Below, one piece after another: positions 26,518 through 40,600 of a DNA stretch of 64,000 nucleotides. How positions within the stretch are numbered: the first letter of the stretch is position 1; each line of letters opens with the position of its first letter. Location: assembly GCA_016748015.1 (NCBI GenBank), contig JAAOMT010000128.1, forward strand, positions 1,371,538-1,435,537. Reading direction: 5' to 3'. The notes beneath the pieces are model-generated. The model searched no databases and was not told the origin of the DNA. It worked only from the letters and a program-made list of their open reading frames with translations. The DNA comes from Geosiphon pyriformis uo1. Its lineage: Eukaryota > Fungi > Glomeromycota. The position numbers and the translations under genes are program-made.

Positions 26518-29500
26518 GTCTTTATATATTCTTTTAATGAATTAATTTAATGTGTTGTTGTTAATGATGATAATTGGTTCCAGATCTTGTGGAATCTCCT
26601 CTGGTTGGACTAGTATCTTCTGTACTCCTAATTGTGGAATATTACTGATGGATGGTGGTGTGATGTTGTGGTATAGTTTCAGTCGATTTTCATGTGCTGC
26701 TTTGGTTAAGATTTTGTTATCCAGTCTTAATTTGTAAGCTCCATTCTCTAGAATTTTTTCTATGTGAAATGGTCCATTCCATTTGGGGTCAAATTTTCCA
26801 CTCCATTGTTTTTCCACTTTGGTACAATATAAAAGTACTTTGTCTCCAATCTTGAATTCAACTGGTTTGTCTAATAGTTGATTATCATGTCTTTCTTTCT
26901 GTTTCTCTTGTAACTTTTGTATATTATCAACTGCTCTTCTTCATTTGTTTTCTAATGTTTCCATTAAGTTATATGTTCTTCTTAACAATGTTTCTTGGAA
27001 ATTTTCTTCTGTTATTGGTTCAGTTGAATATGTGTTAACTTCTATCTCAACTGGTAATGTTGCTGTTTTACTGTATATCAATTCAAATGATGTTGCTTGT
27101 GTGGTGTCTTGCTTCATTGTTCAATAAGCAAATAATACTAATGGTATAAACAAATCCCATTCGTCCTGGTTTTTTTGGCTGAGTTTTGCTATTGCTTCAC
27201 ACAATGTTCTATTAAATCTTTCAACTAATCCATTGGTTTGTGGATAGTATAGTAATGATAATGGTCTCTTAATTCCGAATCTTTGGCTTAGTTCTGCTAA
27301 TGTTCTATTTATAAAATGGGTTTCTTGGTCTGATAATAGTTCTTTTGGACATCCATGTCAACAAATCAGATCTTGATGGACGAATTTGGCAACAGATTCT
27401 GCATCCACTCTTTGAATTGCTTTGGCTTCTGGCTATTTAGTAAGATAGTTTATGGCTACTGCAATATATCTGTTGTCTTTGCTGGTAATTGTCAATGGTC
27501 TGACTAAATTGATTCTAATACGGTCAAATGATTGTCCCACTTTGATTGGTCTCAATAGTTTACTGGGTCTTGTTTCTTCTTTTTTTTGACAAGTATTACA
27601 ATTTTGCACATATTGAATAATGTCTGAATACATTGATGGCCAATAGTATCTCTTTCTGGTTTTTTCCATGGTTGCTTTTTTATAAAAATGTCCTGTAGTT
27701 GGATCTGAGTGTATGTTGAATAGTATTGTCTCTTTTTCTGGTTCTGTAATTACTCTGGTTGGTTGATCTAAATCTTTTCTATTTTTCCGATAAAGTATAT
27801 TTTGGTGAGTGATAAAATATTTGGATTGTTGTTTGATTCTCTTTTGTTCCAGTTGAGATAATTTCTCCTTGAACTGTTGAGTATCTATATAATATTGAAG
27901 TTGTTAATATTTTTGTGTATTCATCTTTTGTTATATTTTCATGAGTATTGTTTTGGTTTTGTTATATTTTTGGGTTGAAATGTTCTTAGATTTGTCTCAT
28001 TTACAACAAACTGTCAGCATTTCCATTGTCTTTTCTCTTTTTATAATGTATGGTATAAGTATATATCAAAAGAGCCATTTTTTATCTTGACTGTTTTTTG
28101 TTTCCAAATTCTTGCTTTTGTAGTAATGTCAATCCTTTGTGATTTGTATACATCTCAAACTTTTGGCTCAAGTATTCTTTCCATTTTATAACTGCCCAAT
28201 AGATTGCTAGATGTTCTAATTCTGATGTTCTATAGTTTTTTTTGGCTGGAGTCAAATTTCGGCTGGCATATGTGACTGGATGTTCTCTTCCATCTAATCT
28301 TCTCTGAGATAGTACTGCTTCCAATGTTTAACCTGATACATTAGTAGTGATAATGAATGGTTTACTATGATCTGAATAGATCAATACTAGAGCTTAAATA
28401 AGCTTTCTTCTTAAGATGTCAAATGCTTCTTGCTAGGTTTCAGTTCATTCCTACTTTGCATTTTTGGTTTGAAGATCATTGAGTGGTTGTGCTATCTTTG
28501 AAAAGTTTTTTATGAAGCGTCTATAATAGCTCGCAAATCCCAAGAATAATTTTAGCTTGGTTATATTAGTTGGTATTGGAAAGTTCTTTACTATTTCTAT
28601 TTTCTTCAAATCTGTTTTTATGCCATTTTTGCTAACTATGTATCCCAAGAATTTTAGTTCTGTTTTGCCAAAAAAACACTTTGTTGCATTCAATTTTAAT
28701 CCTGCTCATCGTAGTCTTTCAAACACTTGTTGAAGATGACATAGATAATCATCGAATGTTTTTGAGAACACATTAGTATTATCCAAGTATACAACTACTG
28801 ATTTCCACAATAAGCTGGTGTTACCAGAGGTTTTTGGTCTCTTCTTAGCTCTTGTATGTTTGTTGTAATGCTGTTAATTCATGACTATGGGAAGTGTTTG
28901 AACCTCCAATAACTGAATTTTATCTTCAAATTATTTCCTATAATTTGAACTGCTGGGCTTATAAGTGGAATGGCCAATTCTATGCCAGTTGCTTTGTGTA
29001 ATTACGTTGTAGTAAACATCAACTCTTTCCCAGGAATTGCTTGTCTGGAAGCTTACTAAAAATGTGTAGTTATTTTGTTGTGAAAGTCAACTCTTCTACA
29101 GAAATCTTGTCTGTATGCTACCTTAATAATTATAATAAGAAAATAAAAGAAATAAAATAAAAGAAATGTAAAAAAAATAAAATTCTGTTAAGGGAAACGT
29201 TTTCTATTCAGGCCTGGAGTCACTAACAGTTTACTAAAATTGGTAGCTAATCAATTTCAAAATGTTAGTTGGGTTTTGGAGATTTTTTCAAGTGCAATAA
29301 TTAAAGAATTTGGTTTTTTGAATTATTTGATATTTATTTCTTTTGTGTGTGTAGAAATGGTTCTAAGTAATAAATCTAAAGTAAGATACATTTTCTCGAA
29401 GAGAAAAGCTCTTCTTTTATACAACTTGTTATAACACTATTCTATGAACTTGAACTTTGCTCTTTTCTACAATTTTGCTGAACTAAAAATACATTTCAGC

Positions 29501-29769
29501 GAACTACAAGTTATTTCTGTAAACTATTAGATATTTCGGTGAACTATCAATTATTTCAGTAAATTTCTACAAATTTTGGCAAACTTTTGAATGTTACATA
29601 TTTCGGAGTATTACATGATTGATCATTGTACTTAAGTTACATTTGTGTTATGTACAAATTGAATTATTAATTAAATGATAATTTTGGACATTTTGCTAAT
29701 GTAATAAGTGATAATTTGAAACAATAATATATGCTAATTAATGATAGGAATTATAAAGATAATTTCATG

Positions 29770-30475
29770 CTAAATAATATCTTTAATTTCGTCTGGTAAC
29801 ATAACCTCCTCCTCAAGACTGAGCTCTGTCGAAGTCCAAATACTGTCTGTAATTTCCAGATAATAATCCAAAATTATTGAAGAAATTTGGTCCGAAAATT
29901 GTTGAAATTTCAGTTCTGTGAGCTTTTCAATGTATTGAATCTTCAAAGGTTGTAAAATTGGGTTTTGTAGGACGTTTTCACAGGTGTAGAATAGGTCATA
30001 AAGTCTAAGAGCAGCTCTGAGCTTGTAGCAACTGTTTGTTGGTCCAGCTGTTGTTTTGAATTCATTGTGGAGTTGTTTTTGAATAGCTTCTTTTGTGAGG
30101 TTTGCTGTTGTAAGTTCCAGTTTTTGTTTGTAGAGTGTTTTTCTAATGTGAAAATATCTATAGATTGGAGGGTATTCAGTACTTTCCTTATTGAGACACA
30201 GTTGAAGTCTTTGTTGAATTGTAGCATTTGGTAGAATACTAATTGGAGTGAGCATTAAGTTTTCTCTTAAAGCAAGCTTTAAAAGTTCTGGCAGGTGAAT
30301 TCCAAAATAACTTCTTGTGTTCTTCTTATACAGGTGATATTTTCATGAATTTGGGACTAAATTTGTAACTACTTCTGTTTGGGTATAATTAATGTGGTTT
30401 CTAGTAACAGTAATGGATAATTCGGATATTGTTTTTAAAGCTAACATTAGTTTTTGGGATAATTGTTGAATGTTT
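29770..30475 (-). pseudogene. E3 ORF3 (unknown protein; runs through the PPT into the 3'LTR)
   Basis: Frame NIQQLSQKLMLALK...LRAALRLYDLF...IEKLTELKFQQF, with one TGA. Distantly homologous to E1/E2 ORF3. Confidence 0.75.
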
Positions 30476-30611
30476 TAAGGAATAATTATTATAAAAAATT
30501 TGAAAATAAAAGAAAATTATTTTTGATGTATGGGTTTTTATGTTATTTTTGTTTTGTTTTTGTGAGATTGTTTCTAAATTATAAGGAGATAATTATAATA
30601 ATAAATTTAAA

Positions 30612-33600
30612 TTAAGTGTTCAAGTTGGGAGGTTGTTCAATGACAACTATTGGTTCTAAATTTTGGGAAATATTTTCAGAATTGATTAAAGGGGAATGTG
30701 TACCAATTTGTGGAATTAATGGTTCAGAATTGTTTCTGGAATTATAGTGTTTCAAATGATCTCTATGTGCAACTTTTGCTAGGATTTTGTCATCAAGTCT
30801 TAGCTTGTATAATCCATTGTCTAGGATTTCATGGATAAAGAATGGTCTATTCCATTTATTTTCAAATTTTTCACTCCATTGTTTTTCAGCTTTAGTTCTG
30901 TGTAAGAGAACTTTGTTTCCGGTTTTAAATTCATTGGTAACTGGAGGCAATTTGTTGTCATGCTGTTCTTTTTGTCAAACTTGGGAGTGTTTAATGTGGA
31001 TGGCTGCTATTTGTCGTTTTCCTTCCAACGTGCTAAGCAGAGTATAGGCTCTTTGTTGTAGTGTTTCCTGAAAGTTATCTTTATTAACTAGTTGTACTGA
31101 GTATGCTTCTACTGTGAAACTAATTGGTAACATTGCTGTCCTTCCGTAGGTTAAATCAAATGGCATATGTTTTATGGTATCTTGTTTTAGTGTTCTGTAT
31201 GCTAATAACACTGATGAAATAAAGATATTTCATTCTTGCTCAAAATCAGTTGAGACTTTGGCTAATGATTCATACAATGTTCTGTTGAAATGTTCTACAA
31301 GTCCATTTGTTTGAGGATGATAAGGTAAAGATAGGGGTCTCTTAACTTTGAACCATTCACAAATTTCTTGGATTAGATTGTTCACAAAATGTGTTTATTG
31401 ATTGGATAGAAGTTCTGTTGGGCATCTATGTCTACAAATAATGTCTTTATAGATGAAATTTGCTACTGATTTTGCATCTGCTTATTGAATGGCTCTGGCT
31501 TCAGGCCATTTGGTGAGATAATCTACAGCTACTGCAATATAATGATTTCCTTGACTTGTAATAAGTAGTGGTCTGACTAAATTGATACCAACTCAGTCAA
31601 AAGGCTGTCCAACTTTGATTGGATTTAAAGGTTCTGTAGGACAAGTTCCTCCTCTTTTTTGACAACTATCACAAGATTTAACATATTCATGAATGTCTTT
31701 TCTCATTCGAGGCCAAAAGTAATATTCTAATATTCTCTGAGTGGTGCTGTCTTTTTCTAGATGTGCTGATGAAGGGTCTGAGTGCATGTTATATAAAATA
31801 GTTTTTTTTTCATGTTCTTGTATTAATCTAAGTGGATTGTCTGGATTTCTAAAGTTTCAATAATAAATTATGTTGTTGTATAAGAAGTATTGTTTGGCTT
31901 GTTGTTGTAATCGGTGTTTTTTATCTGCAGACCAATCTGTTGGGATTGTTAATATCTCCAAATATTGTTTAAGATTGTTGTAGTTTTCAGGATTCATTGT
32001 TTGTTGTTTTGTTGTTAATTCAAATGAGTGTTGGTTTTATGTTCTAATCTTGCCTCATTCTTGAGAGACAATCAACATTGGTGTGAAGTTTTCTTGGTTT
32101 GTAATATACAATGTATTGGTAGTTAGCTAAAAATCCTGTCCATTGGGTTTATTTGGCATTCAGCTAAGTGTTTTTGTTTTGGAGCCATTTAAGTCCAATA
32201 TTATCAGTAATAATGTCGAATTCTTTAGGCCTAAGATAAAGATTGAAGTGGTGTAGGGCCCAGATTACTGCTGCAGTTTCTAATTCTGTTACAGGGTAGT
32301 TCTTTTTGACTGGTTTCAATGTTCTGCTAGCATAAGCAATTACTCACTCATTTTCATTGTCATCTAACTGTGATAGAATGGCATCAAAGGCAGTATAAAA
32401 GGCATCTGTTGCTAACCAAAAATGGTTGCTAAAATCTGGGTAGGCAAGAATTGGAGCTGTCATTAGTTTTTCTTTGAGAATTTTAAATGCATTTTGGTAT
32501 TCAGCAGTCCATTTGTATTCGACGTTTTTGGTGGTAAGCTGGTTAAGAGATTTTGCAATTTCTGAGAATCCTTTGATAAACTTCTGATAGTAGGAGGCTA
32601 ATCCTATGAATCTTCTTAGTTCTGTAGTGTTTTGAGGAGTTTTGAAGTTTTTGACAGTGCTAATTTTTCCAGGGTCCAGTTTGATTTCATCTTTACTAAC
32701 AATGTGACCAAGAAAGGCCAAACTTGTTTTTCCAAAGTAGCATTTTTTGATGTTGAGTTTCAGTCCTGCTTTTTGTAATTGTTGAAAAACTTCTCACAGG
32801 TGTTTTAAGTGTAATTCGAACGATGGAAAATAAACATCAGTATTGTTAAGATAAACAACTACTGACTTCCAAAGGAGTCATTGAATTCATAGTTTCCTCT
32901 TTGGGTTGTGAAGACTGTTTTGGGACGATCTTTGGGGTCCATGGCAACTTGCCAGTATCTGCTTTCTAGATCTAGTGTTGAAAAGTATTTGGTCTTTCCA
33001 AAAGCATCCAACATATCATCAATTCGGGGAAAAAAATAGGCATCTCCAATGATAATACTGTTGAGTTGTTGATAATTAACACAAAATCGTATTTTTCTAT
33101 TTTTCTTTTTAACTAAGACCACAGGTAAGGCCCATAGATTCATTGATGATTGGATAAGCCCATTGTTGAGCATCCATTGTACTTCTTCACAGATAAATTG
33201 GTGGCTTTCTAGAGCAACTTGGTAGGCTTGGTGTCACTTTGGTTTGGCATCTCCTATATAGATTTGGTGTTGGACCAAATTGGTTCTTTCTAAGTCATTG
33301 TTGTTTTCGGCAAAGATATCAGCAAATTCTGCAATTAGCTCTTTGAGCTGGCTCTGTTGTTGTAGTTCAAGTTGTCCCATGTTGATTCGAGATAGTTTTT
33401 CCATGACAACATGGTAGTTTTCAGAGCTGGGGTTTGGGTTGATTTTTTGTAGTAAATGTCCAATAATTTCAGAGAAATTAGGGACTGTTTGGGGTAATTC
33501 TTGTTGAAAGATATTACTGTGAATAATTCCAATTTCTAAGTTATTTAATAAAACTATGGGGAAATTGTTGGGATTGTAAAAAGTAACTTGGATTTTTTTT

Positions 33601-36600
33601 GTTCTTTCTGGAATATAAATGTTTGGGATCAAGATATTATGTTCCAAGCAGATTTGTTTGTTGGACTCAAAAATTTGTTGTGTGGTTGTTGGCTTTTCAC
33701 AAGTGTAAATTTCAGGATGTTCTCCAAAGGGTGAAATAATAATTGATTGTGGAAGTTGTAAAATCTGGTGAAATTCTTTCTGTTCATTGAGGGCTATGTT
33801 TACTGGAACTGTGAATTGTCCAATTGAACCAAAACTTTGGATTTCTCTTTCACTTTTTCCCAATAGTTTTCTTTGATTGACTAATTGTAAATCTGAAATG
33901 TTGATTAAGGGTAAATAAATGGCTTGGGCAATTTTCTTGGCATGTTCAATCTTAAATGGCTTGTCAATTTTGTTTTGGAGTATTACTGTTATGTCACCAG
34001 TATATTCAGCATCGATTATTTCTCCTTTGACATTGATTCCTTTGCTTGCCAGAGAGAACTAGGAGGCAATTTGAACCATTGCTCCTGGCAGGATTTCGAG
34101 AGCAATTTTGAGGTTGATTTTTGTGAGAGATTTGGGTTTAAGAATGAGAGTATCCTTGTCTGGATATCTTAGGTTATATCCAGCATCAATTTTATGTGTT
34201 TTTTCAGGTTTTATTCCTTGTCCATTGTTGTTGAAGTATTTGAGTTGTAAGGCAGACTGATTTTTGATAAAATAGATGGGTGTTGCTTCAATTTCTTCTG
34301 TTGTTTCAGGTTCTCCAAATTCAATTTCGTTTTCATTATTTTCACTGGACAGTGGAATGCTAAGAGCATAGCATTCAGAATACTACTGTTCATCACAAGG
34401 CATAATGCATTCTTCATACAGTCTGATGTTCATTTGCTCTAATCATTGAATTTGAGCTTCTTGGATTGGGTAGATGTGACTTGCAATTTGGTGGTAGACT
34501 TCTACTTCATCTTCATAATTGAATCCAGCTAATTCTATAGTGTATTCAATGTATTCTGCTTCCTTCATTTGGTGGACATCTTTTTGGGTGGCTCTATTAA
34601 TTAAAGCCATTGCTAAGTCAAAAATCATTTCAGCATTATGTGGGTAATGGTATAGTTTGTTGAGAGCACTATTGTATGCTGCATCAAATGGTGTTCCTCT
34701 TTTGACTTTTTCTGAAATTGATAAAGCATATTGGCAGGTTTGATCGCAGACTTCTCCTCTCATTGTTACATCAATCCAATTGCATTTTTCTGGCAGCATA
34801 TCTCCACAAGTCAAACAAGGAGTGTTGTCCCATTTTTCGCTTTTTTTTATTAGATGGCCCCATCGTTCTCTGTGGCAAGCCTTGTAGTAATAACAAGTAT
34901 GATTTTCATATTCTTCTTCAGGTGAAATGCAGGCTCCCATTGAGGAGAATTTCTTGTGGCAGTCTTTGCATTTGAGTGGAATGTAAGAGTGTCATTTCTT
35001 TGGTTCTGGTTTAGAATATAGAATGTTCCATCCAGGGGTTTCTAGTTTCTCTGGATATAAGTTTGTTGCAAAATATGTTTGCTTAGTTTCTTCAGCCCAG
35101 TTAAATGTTGATTCAAGTGCCATAAATATTTCGACTACAGACTTTTTTTTCTCTTCTTTAAATTTGAAGACAGGAGTTTTCTCTGATTGTTTGTTGAATG
35201 TACCACAAGTAGTGGGTACTCAGGCATGTTGTCCTTGATAGGAGAGTTGTAATTCTTGGGTTTCCCAGTCTAATTTTGCATTGGCTTTTTGGAGCCAATC
35301 ATTTCCAACAAGGGCTTAATACTGGAGCACATCTATTACAAGAACTTTGACTGAAATGGTGATTCCATCAAAAGTGAATGGAAAATTGTCAATTTCTCCT
35401 ACTGGAGTCTTTTTTATGTCATTGGCAGTAATAATTACTGTTTGAGCTGGTCAGTCGACATTTCTCTTTAACTGTTGCATTAACTGGTAGGTGATGATGC
35501 TTCTAGTGAATTCACTGTCTAGGATTAAACAAATTGTCTTTCTTTTGACTTTTGCTTCAGTGTACATAGCAGTGATTGCTTTTTGTTCATTGATGACTGT
35601 ATTGCTAAACAGGAATGGTGACTCATTTGCTTCGAACTCAAAAGGGAATATATTTGAAAAGTTGGCATTTTCAACAATTCTGGTTAGTGAGATTGTGATA
35701 AGAGTATAGGAAAGGTTTTGTTGTCGTGCTGCAGCTTTACCTTCTGAGAGTGCAATATGGTAAAAATCCTGTTCTTTTGGTATTGTAAGATAGCTAAGTT
35801 GAATATGATAATGAGTAGGTCTTGGCTGAGCTGGATTTCGGGGAACTAATTGGTTATTTGGGTTGATTTTGTTGTTGTTTGTTGCAAATTGGTTTTGTGA
35901 TGCAAATTGGTTTTGTTAAATCAATCTTCAAGCAAGTACTTGGTAATGTTGAATGTGTTGTCAATACTATTGTTGCATTGGCTGTAGAGCAGGTTGATAG
36001 TAGTTGGTTTAATATTGCAGTCTTGGTAAATAGTAGCTGGTGGTAATAATGATTGGTAATAAGATTGTTGTGGCGAAGAGTAATGTTGATTACTTTTGTT
36101 TTGTTGGTCTTGTTGTAGCTTTCTGCAATCTCTTTTCCAGTGACCAGGAATTCCACAATAATGGCAATTCTGAAGCTGGTTATTAAAGGATGATGTGAAG
36201 TTGTTTTGATTTCGCCTTTGGAATGGTTGATATCTTTGGGGCTGCTGTTGTTGTTGGTTGGTGAAATAGTTTTCGACTTTCTTTGTAAGTTGGTCAATTT
36301 TCTTCTCAGCTGCTGAGCTGGTTTCTCCAATGGCTAAGTTCACAAGTTTTGTACAATTGGCTTCTTCTATGGCCATTTCATATCTTTTTGTATGCTGAAT
36401 GACAAAGTTTAAATCTTCTGGGGCATGTGGGCAACCTTTTTAATCAGTTTATTCTTTAAACCAGTAATAAATTGATTCAAGATTTGAGCATTGGAATAAT
36501 AATCATTAGTTTCAAGTTGGCGAATTCATCTGAGAAGTTTGTTGAATTTCCCAATATAAGTTATGACAGATTTGGAGAGTTCTTGTTTGATATTGTGAAA

Positions 36601-37602
36601 ACAATTTCAAAGTGTGATTGAAGTGTTGTTATCAGTGAATTGTTCTAAGAAGACAATTTTGAAAGCTGTCCAGTCATTAAAAGGAATGGTCAAGTTTTCG
36701 AACCATTTGCCTGCTGTTCCTTTGAGAAAATAGGGAATTGTTCTTAATATTCTGGCAGCATTCCATCCATTTGCATCTCCAGCTTTAGTAACTTGGTCGA
36801 GCCATTCTTGGGGACTGGTTTCAATGTCTTTTCTATTAAATTCAGGGATTTTTGTGATATATGCTGTCATTTCATCTTTTTCGTTTTCACTGTCTATTGA
36901 TTCTTCTTTAGATATTTCAGAGTTGTTTTCTTCATTTGCTGCTGTCTCAGAGTGTTCACTTCAATTTTCAGCTAGAAAGTCAAGAAGATTGGAACTAGTT
37001 TGAAGAGATTTTTGTTGTCTGGTGGGACTTTTGGGTGATGTAAAATTTTCTAGTCTTACAAATCAATTTAAGAGTAAATTAGGTGTTTGTGTTTGTACAA
37101 GTGAAGCTGGAAAAGATGTGATAGTAAGTGGAAGTTTTGAACTGGTTCCTTGTTCAGGTGTTTGTAAGTGTTTGGCAGTTGTTTTTGGTAGTATTGGAGT
37201 ATTTGGTGTGGTTTTTAAGTATTGCTTCAATTTGTGTTTGCCTTTGTTGCTTGTTTCTGTCTCCAATTCAAAATCAATAGAGTATTGAGACTGCACTGGA
37301 TATGTTTCTTCACAATACTTAATAATGTTAAAATTAAGTTCTTGAAAGTAAGTGGCAAGTGTTTCACTGTTAAGGTCTTTAGTTTCCAACTGTGAATAGT
37401 ATACTAAATTATTGTAAAGGTTGCTTCTAACTTTTGAGATATTGTAATTTCTAAAAAGATAATTGTTGATGCAGTTTTCAATGTATTGGTATACTGATTT
37501 CTTGACAACTTCAATTCCGTCTGGAATGTTGAATCTTTGCTTGCAGTAGGTGTAAATTGACTGGTAATACTCTAGAGTTGTTGTGTCTGGTGTGGTTACC
37601 AC
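30612..37602 (-). pseudogene. E3 Gag-Pol polyprotein pseudogene
   Basis: CHYCGIPGHWKRDC knuckle, ILDS (PR), Cys-rich domain at 34300-34980, dUTPase at 33820-34200, RT/RH at 32050-33200, integrase at 30612-31997. Confidence 0.9.
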
Positions 37603-37629
37603 TTTGAATTTGTTGTTGCTGTGTTATTT

Positions 37630-37647
37630 CCATGAGAGAGCACCAAA
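37630..37647 (-). promoter_or_regulatory. Primer-binding site of E3 (equivalents in E1 and E2)
   Basis: TGGTGCTCTC.. lies 2 nt after the 5'LTR and is complementary to a tRNA ending ..GAGCACCA. tRNA identity not determined. Confidence 0.8.
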
Positions 37648-40600
37648 TGTTACTGAAGGTTTTTGGTCTCTTCTTAGCTCTTGTATGTTTGTTGTAATGT
37701 TGTTAATTCACAACTATGGGAAGTGTTTGAATTTTCAATAACTAAATTTTATCTTCAAATTATCTTCTATAATTTGAACTACTGGGCTTATAAGTAGAAT
37801 GGCCAATTCCATGCCAGTTGCTTTATGTAGTTACATTGTAGTAAATGTCAACTCTTTCCCAGGAATTGCTTGTCTGAAAGCTCACTAAAAATGTGTAGTT
37901 AATTTGCTGTGAAAGTCAACTTTTCTATAGGAATTTCATCTATAGGCTACCCTAATGATTATAATAAGAAAATAAAAGAAAGAAAATAAAAGAAATGTAA
38001 AAAAAATAAAATTCTGTCAAGGGAAACGTTTTTTATCCAGGCTTGGAGTCACTAACAGTTTACTGAAATTGGTAGCTAATCAATTTCAAAATGTTAGTTG
38101 GGTTTTGGGGATTTTTCCAAGTATAATAATTAAAGAATTTGGTTTTTTGAATTATTTAATATTTATTTCTTTTGTGTATATAGAAATGGTTCTAAATAAT
38201 AAATCTAAAGTAAGATACATTTTCTCGAAGAGAGAAGCTTTTCTTTTATACAACTTGTCGTAACACTATTCTATGAACTTGAACTTTGCTCTTTTCTACA
38301 ATTTTGCTAAACTAAAGATACATTTTAGTGAACTACAAGTTATTTCTGTGAACTATTAGATATTTCAGTAAACTATCAATTATTTTGGCAAATTTCTACA
38401 AATTTTGCCAAACTTTTGAATGTTACATATTTTGGGGTATTGCATGATTAATCATCACAATTAGGTTACATTTGTGTTATGTACAAATTGGGTTATTAAT
38501 TAAATAATAATTTCGGATATTTTGCTAATGTAATAAGTAATAATTTGAAATGATAATATATGCTAATTAATGATAGAAATTATAAAGATAATTTTATGCT
38601 AAATAATATCTCTAATTTCATCTGATAACACTGGTATACACAATTTCCATTAGCCATTGGAATGTAACTGGAGCATTGGTTAAGCCGAATGGCATAACTT
38701 CAAACTCAAAGTTTCCCTTTTTTATGGTAAATGCCATATTTTTTTTGTCGGCTGGATTCCATGGCTACTTGCCAGTAACCACTATCCAAGTCTAACATTA
38801 AGAACCATTTGTTTCCACCGAAAGCATTAAATAGTTTTTGTATCCATGGAGTTGGATAGCTGTCTCCATGAATTACACCATTGAGTTTCCTGTAGTCTAC
38901 ACAAAATCGGATTTTTCTATTCTTCTTACAAACAAGTACTACTAATAACAATCATGAGCTCATTGATAGCTGAATTAACTCATTGTCAAGCATTCAGTTA
39001 ATCTCTTAACAGATGATTTCATGGTACTCTATATGCTTGCTGTTTGATTGGCATTGCATTTCCAGTCTTAATCTGATGCTGGATAATATCAGTTTTGCCA
39101 AATTTGTTTTCACTAGTAAAGATGTCATTGAAATTATTAAGTAACATCTTTAGTTGCATCTGCTGAAATGAGTCTAGATTTCTCATGTTCATCTGTTCTA
39201 ATTGTTCTGGCTGTAACAGATAACATTTGTTTTGTCTGTAGATGGTTTGTGATGTAATGTCCACATATCCACAAAGCTGTGGAAAATCTGGAATGCTGCT
39301 TGGTGCTTGATCTTCAATTTCCGTGGTTAAATATTTGAGAGTGGTTCCTTCCGTTATCTTTACAACATTTTCAGTGTTCTTGTAGATGGGAATTTTAATA
39401 TGGTTATGGCTCTTGGCTGGTATGTGTAGATTGATAAGTCCAATTTCTCCTGATTCACAAAGAGTTGCTTCTGCTTCAAAAATCTGTTCTTGCTTCTTCT
39501 CTCTCTTTTTTATTGCTAACATGTATTGGCTATATAGTGGAATGGAAATTGTTTGACCAGTTGAAATAATTTCTCCTTGGCCAATAATTTCTTCCTCCAC
39601 CATATTGACTGGTACATCTATTTTACTCATTGATCCAAATCCCTGTATCTCTCTTGCTGTTATCCCTAATTCTTCCCTATTTTCCACTGACACTAACTGA
39701 GCTATTTTAACTAGAGGCAGGAATATTGTTTGTGCTATCCTTTCATTTGGCTCTATAACATAGGCCTTTTCTGAGTCATTTTGTAGCATAACAATGATAT
39801 TTCCTACATATTCTGTATCAATTATTCATCCTCTGATGTTTATCCCTCTTTTCGCTAAACTACTCCTTGAAACTAGTTGAACCATTGTTGTTGCTGGAAT
39901 TTTCAAGGCTATTTTGAGATCTATGCAGGTGTGCAAATATGATTTTAATATAATAGTATTTTTTTCTGGATACTTCAAATCAAATCTTGCATCAGTATTA
40001 TGTGCACATTCTGGCATGATACCTTCATCATTATTACTGAACCATTTTAGTTCTTGCTCCTTAGTGAGGTCAGAAAGTGCAATATATTGTTTGTAGTTTA
40101 AATTGGAGTTTGACTCTGCATTGGAATCATTGTCATTGTTATAGCCATTTTGAACGGAGCTGGAACTGTTATTTTTGTTATTGTTATTGTCAGAGTTTGA
40201 ATTGGGGTTAGAACTCGATTCCAATTCTGATGCGCAGCTGTTGATTGGTTCTTCTTCTTCAGGGATCATGTAGATTCTGTATGGTGGTGGATTGTAGATG
40301 AGATCACAATCATCACAGAATTAGAAGTCACATGAAATCAAACAGTGGTCACATAATTGGATGTTAATTTCTTCCAAGCATTGTTTTTGCTCTTCTCTCA
40401 TGAATGTTAGATTTTAATAATGTTCATAGAATTCTTCTGGGCTGTTTTCTAAGTCGATAAAGGTGTCTGAGTTGAGAACCAAAACAATGTCTGTTGGTTC
40501 TGAAGGGTTATTCTTAATCTTCAGAATTTTACTGGGTGAAGTATCTTCTACTTTGGCATTGGCCATTTGCGAGATCTCATTCTCGTCATGTGAATAGCCG

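Larger units (their letters stand above)
28819..38630 (-). mobile_element. Ty3/Gypsy LTR retrotransposon E3 (innermost, youngest; distinct LTR family)
   Basis: 983-bp LTRs at 28819-29801 and 37648-38630. TSD CTGG at 28815-18 and 38631-34. PPT TGAGGAGGAGGTTA, PBS TTTGGTGCTCTCTCATGG. Confidence 0.95.

Noticed and set aside
26542-26817. Chromodomain at the integrase C-terminus
   Set aside because: The sequence fits the GPF/GPY SH3-like tail (KWNGPFHI..GAYKL). No aromatic-cage chromodomain pattern is seen.
29240-29434. 64-aa + strand ORF duplicated at 38069-38263
   Set aside because: It is present twice only because it lies in the two E3 LTRs. It is antisense, starts at TTG and has no motifs.
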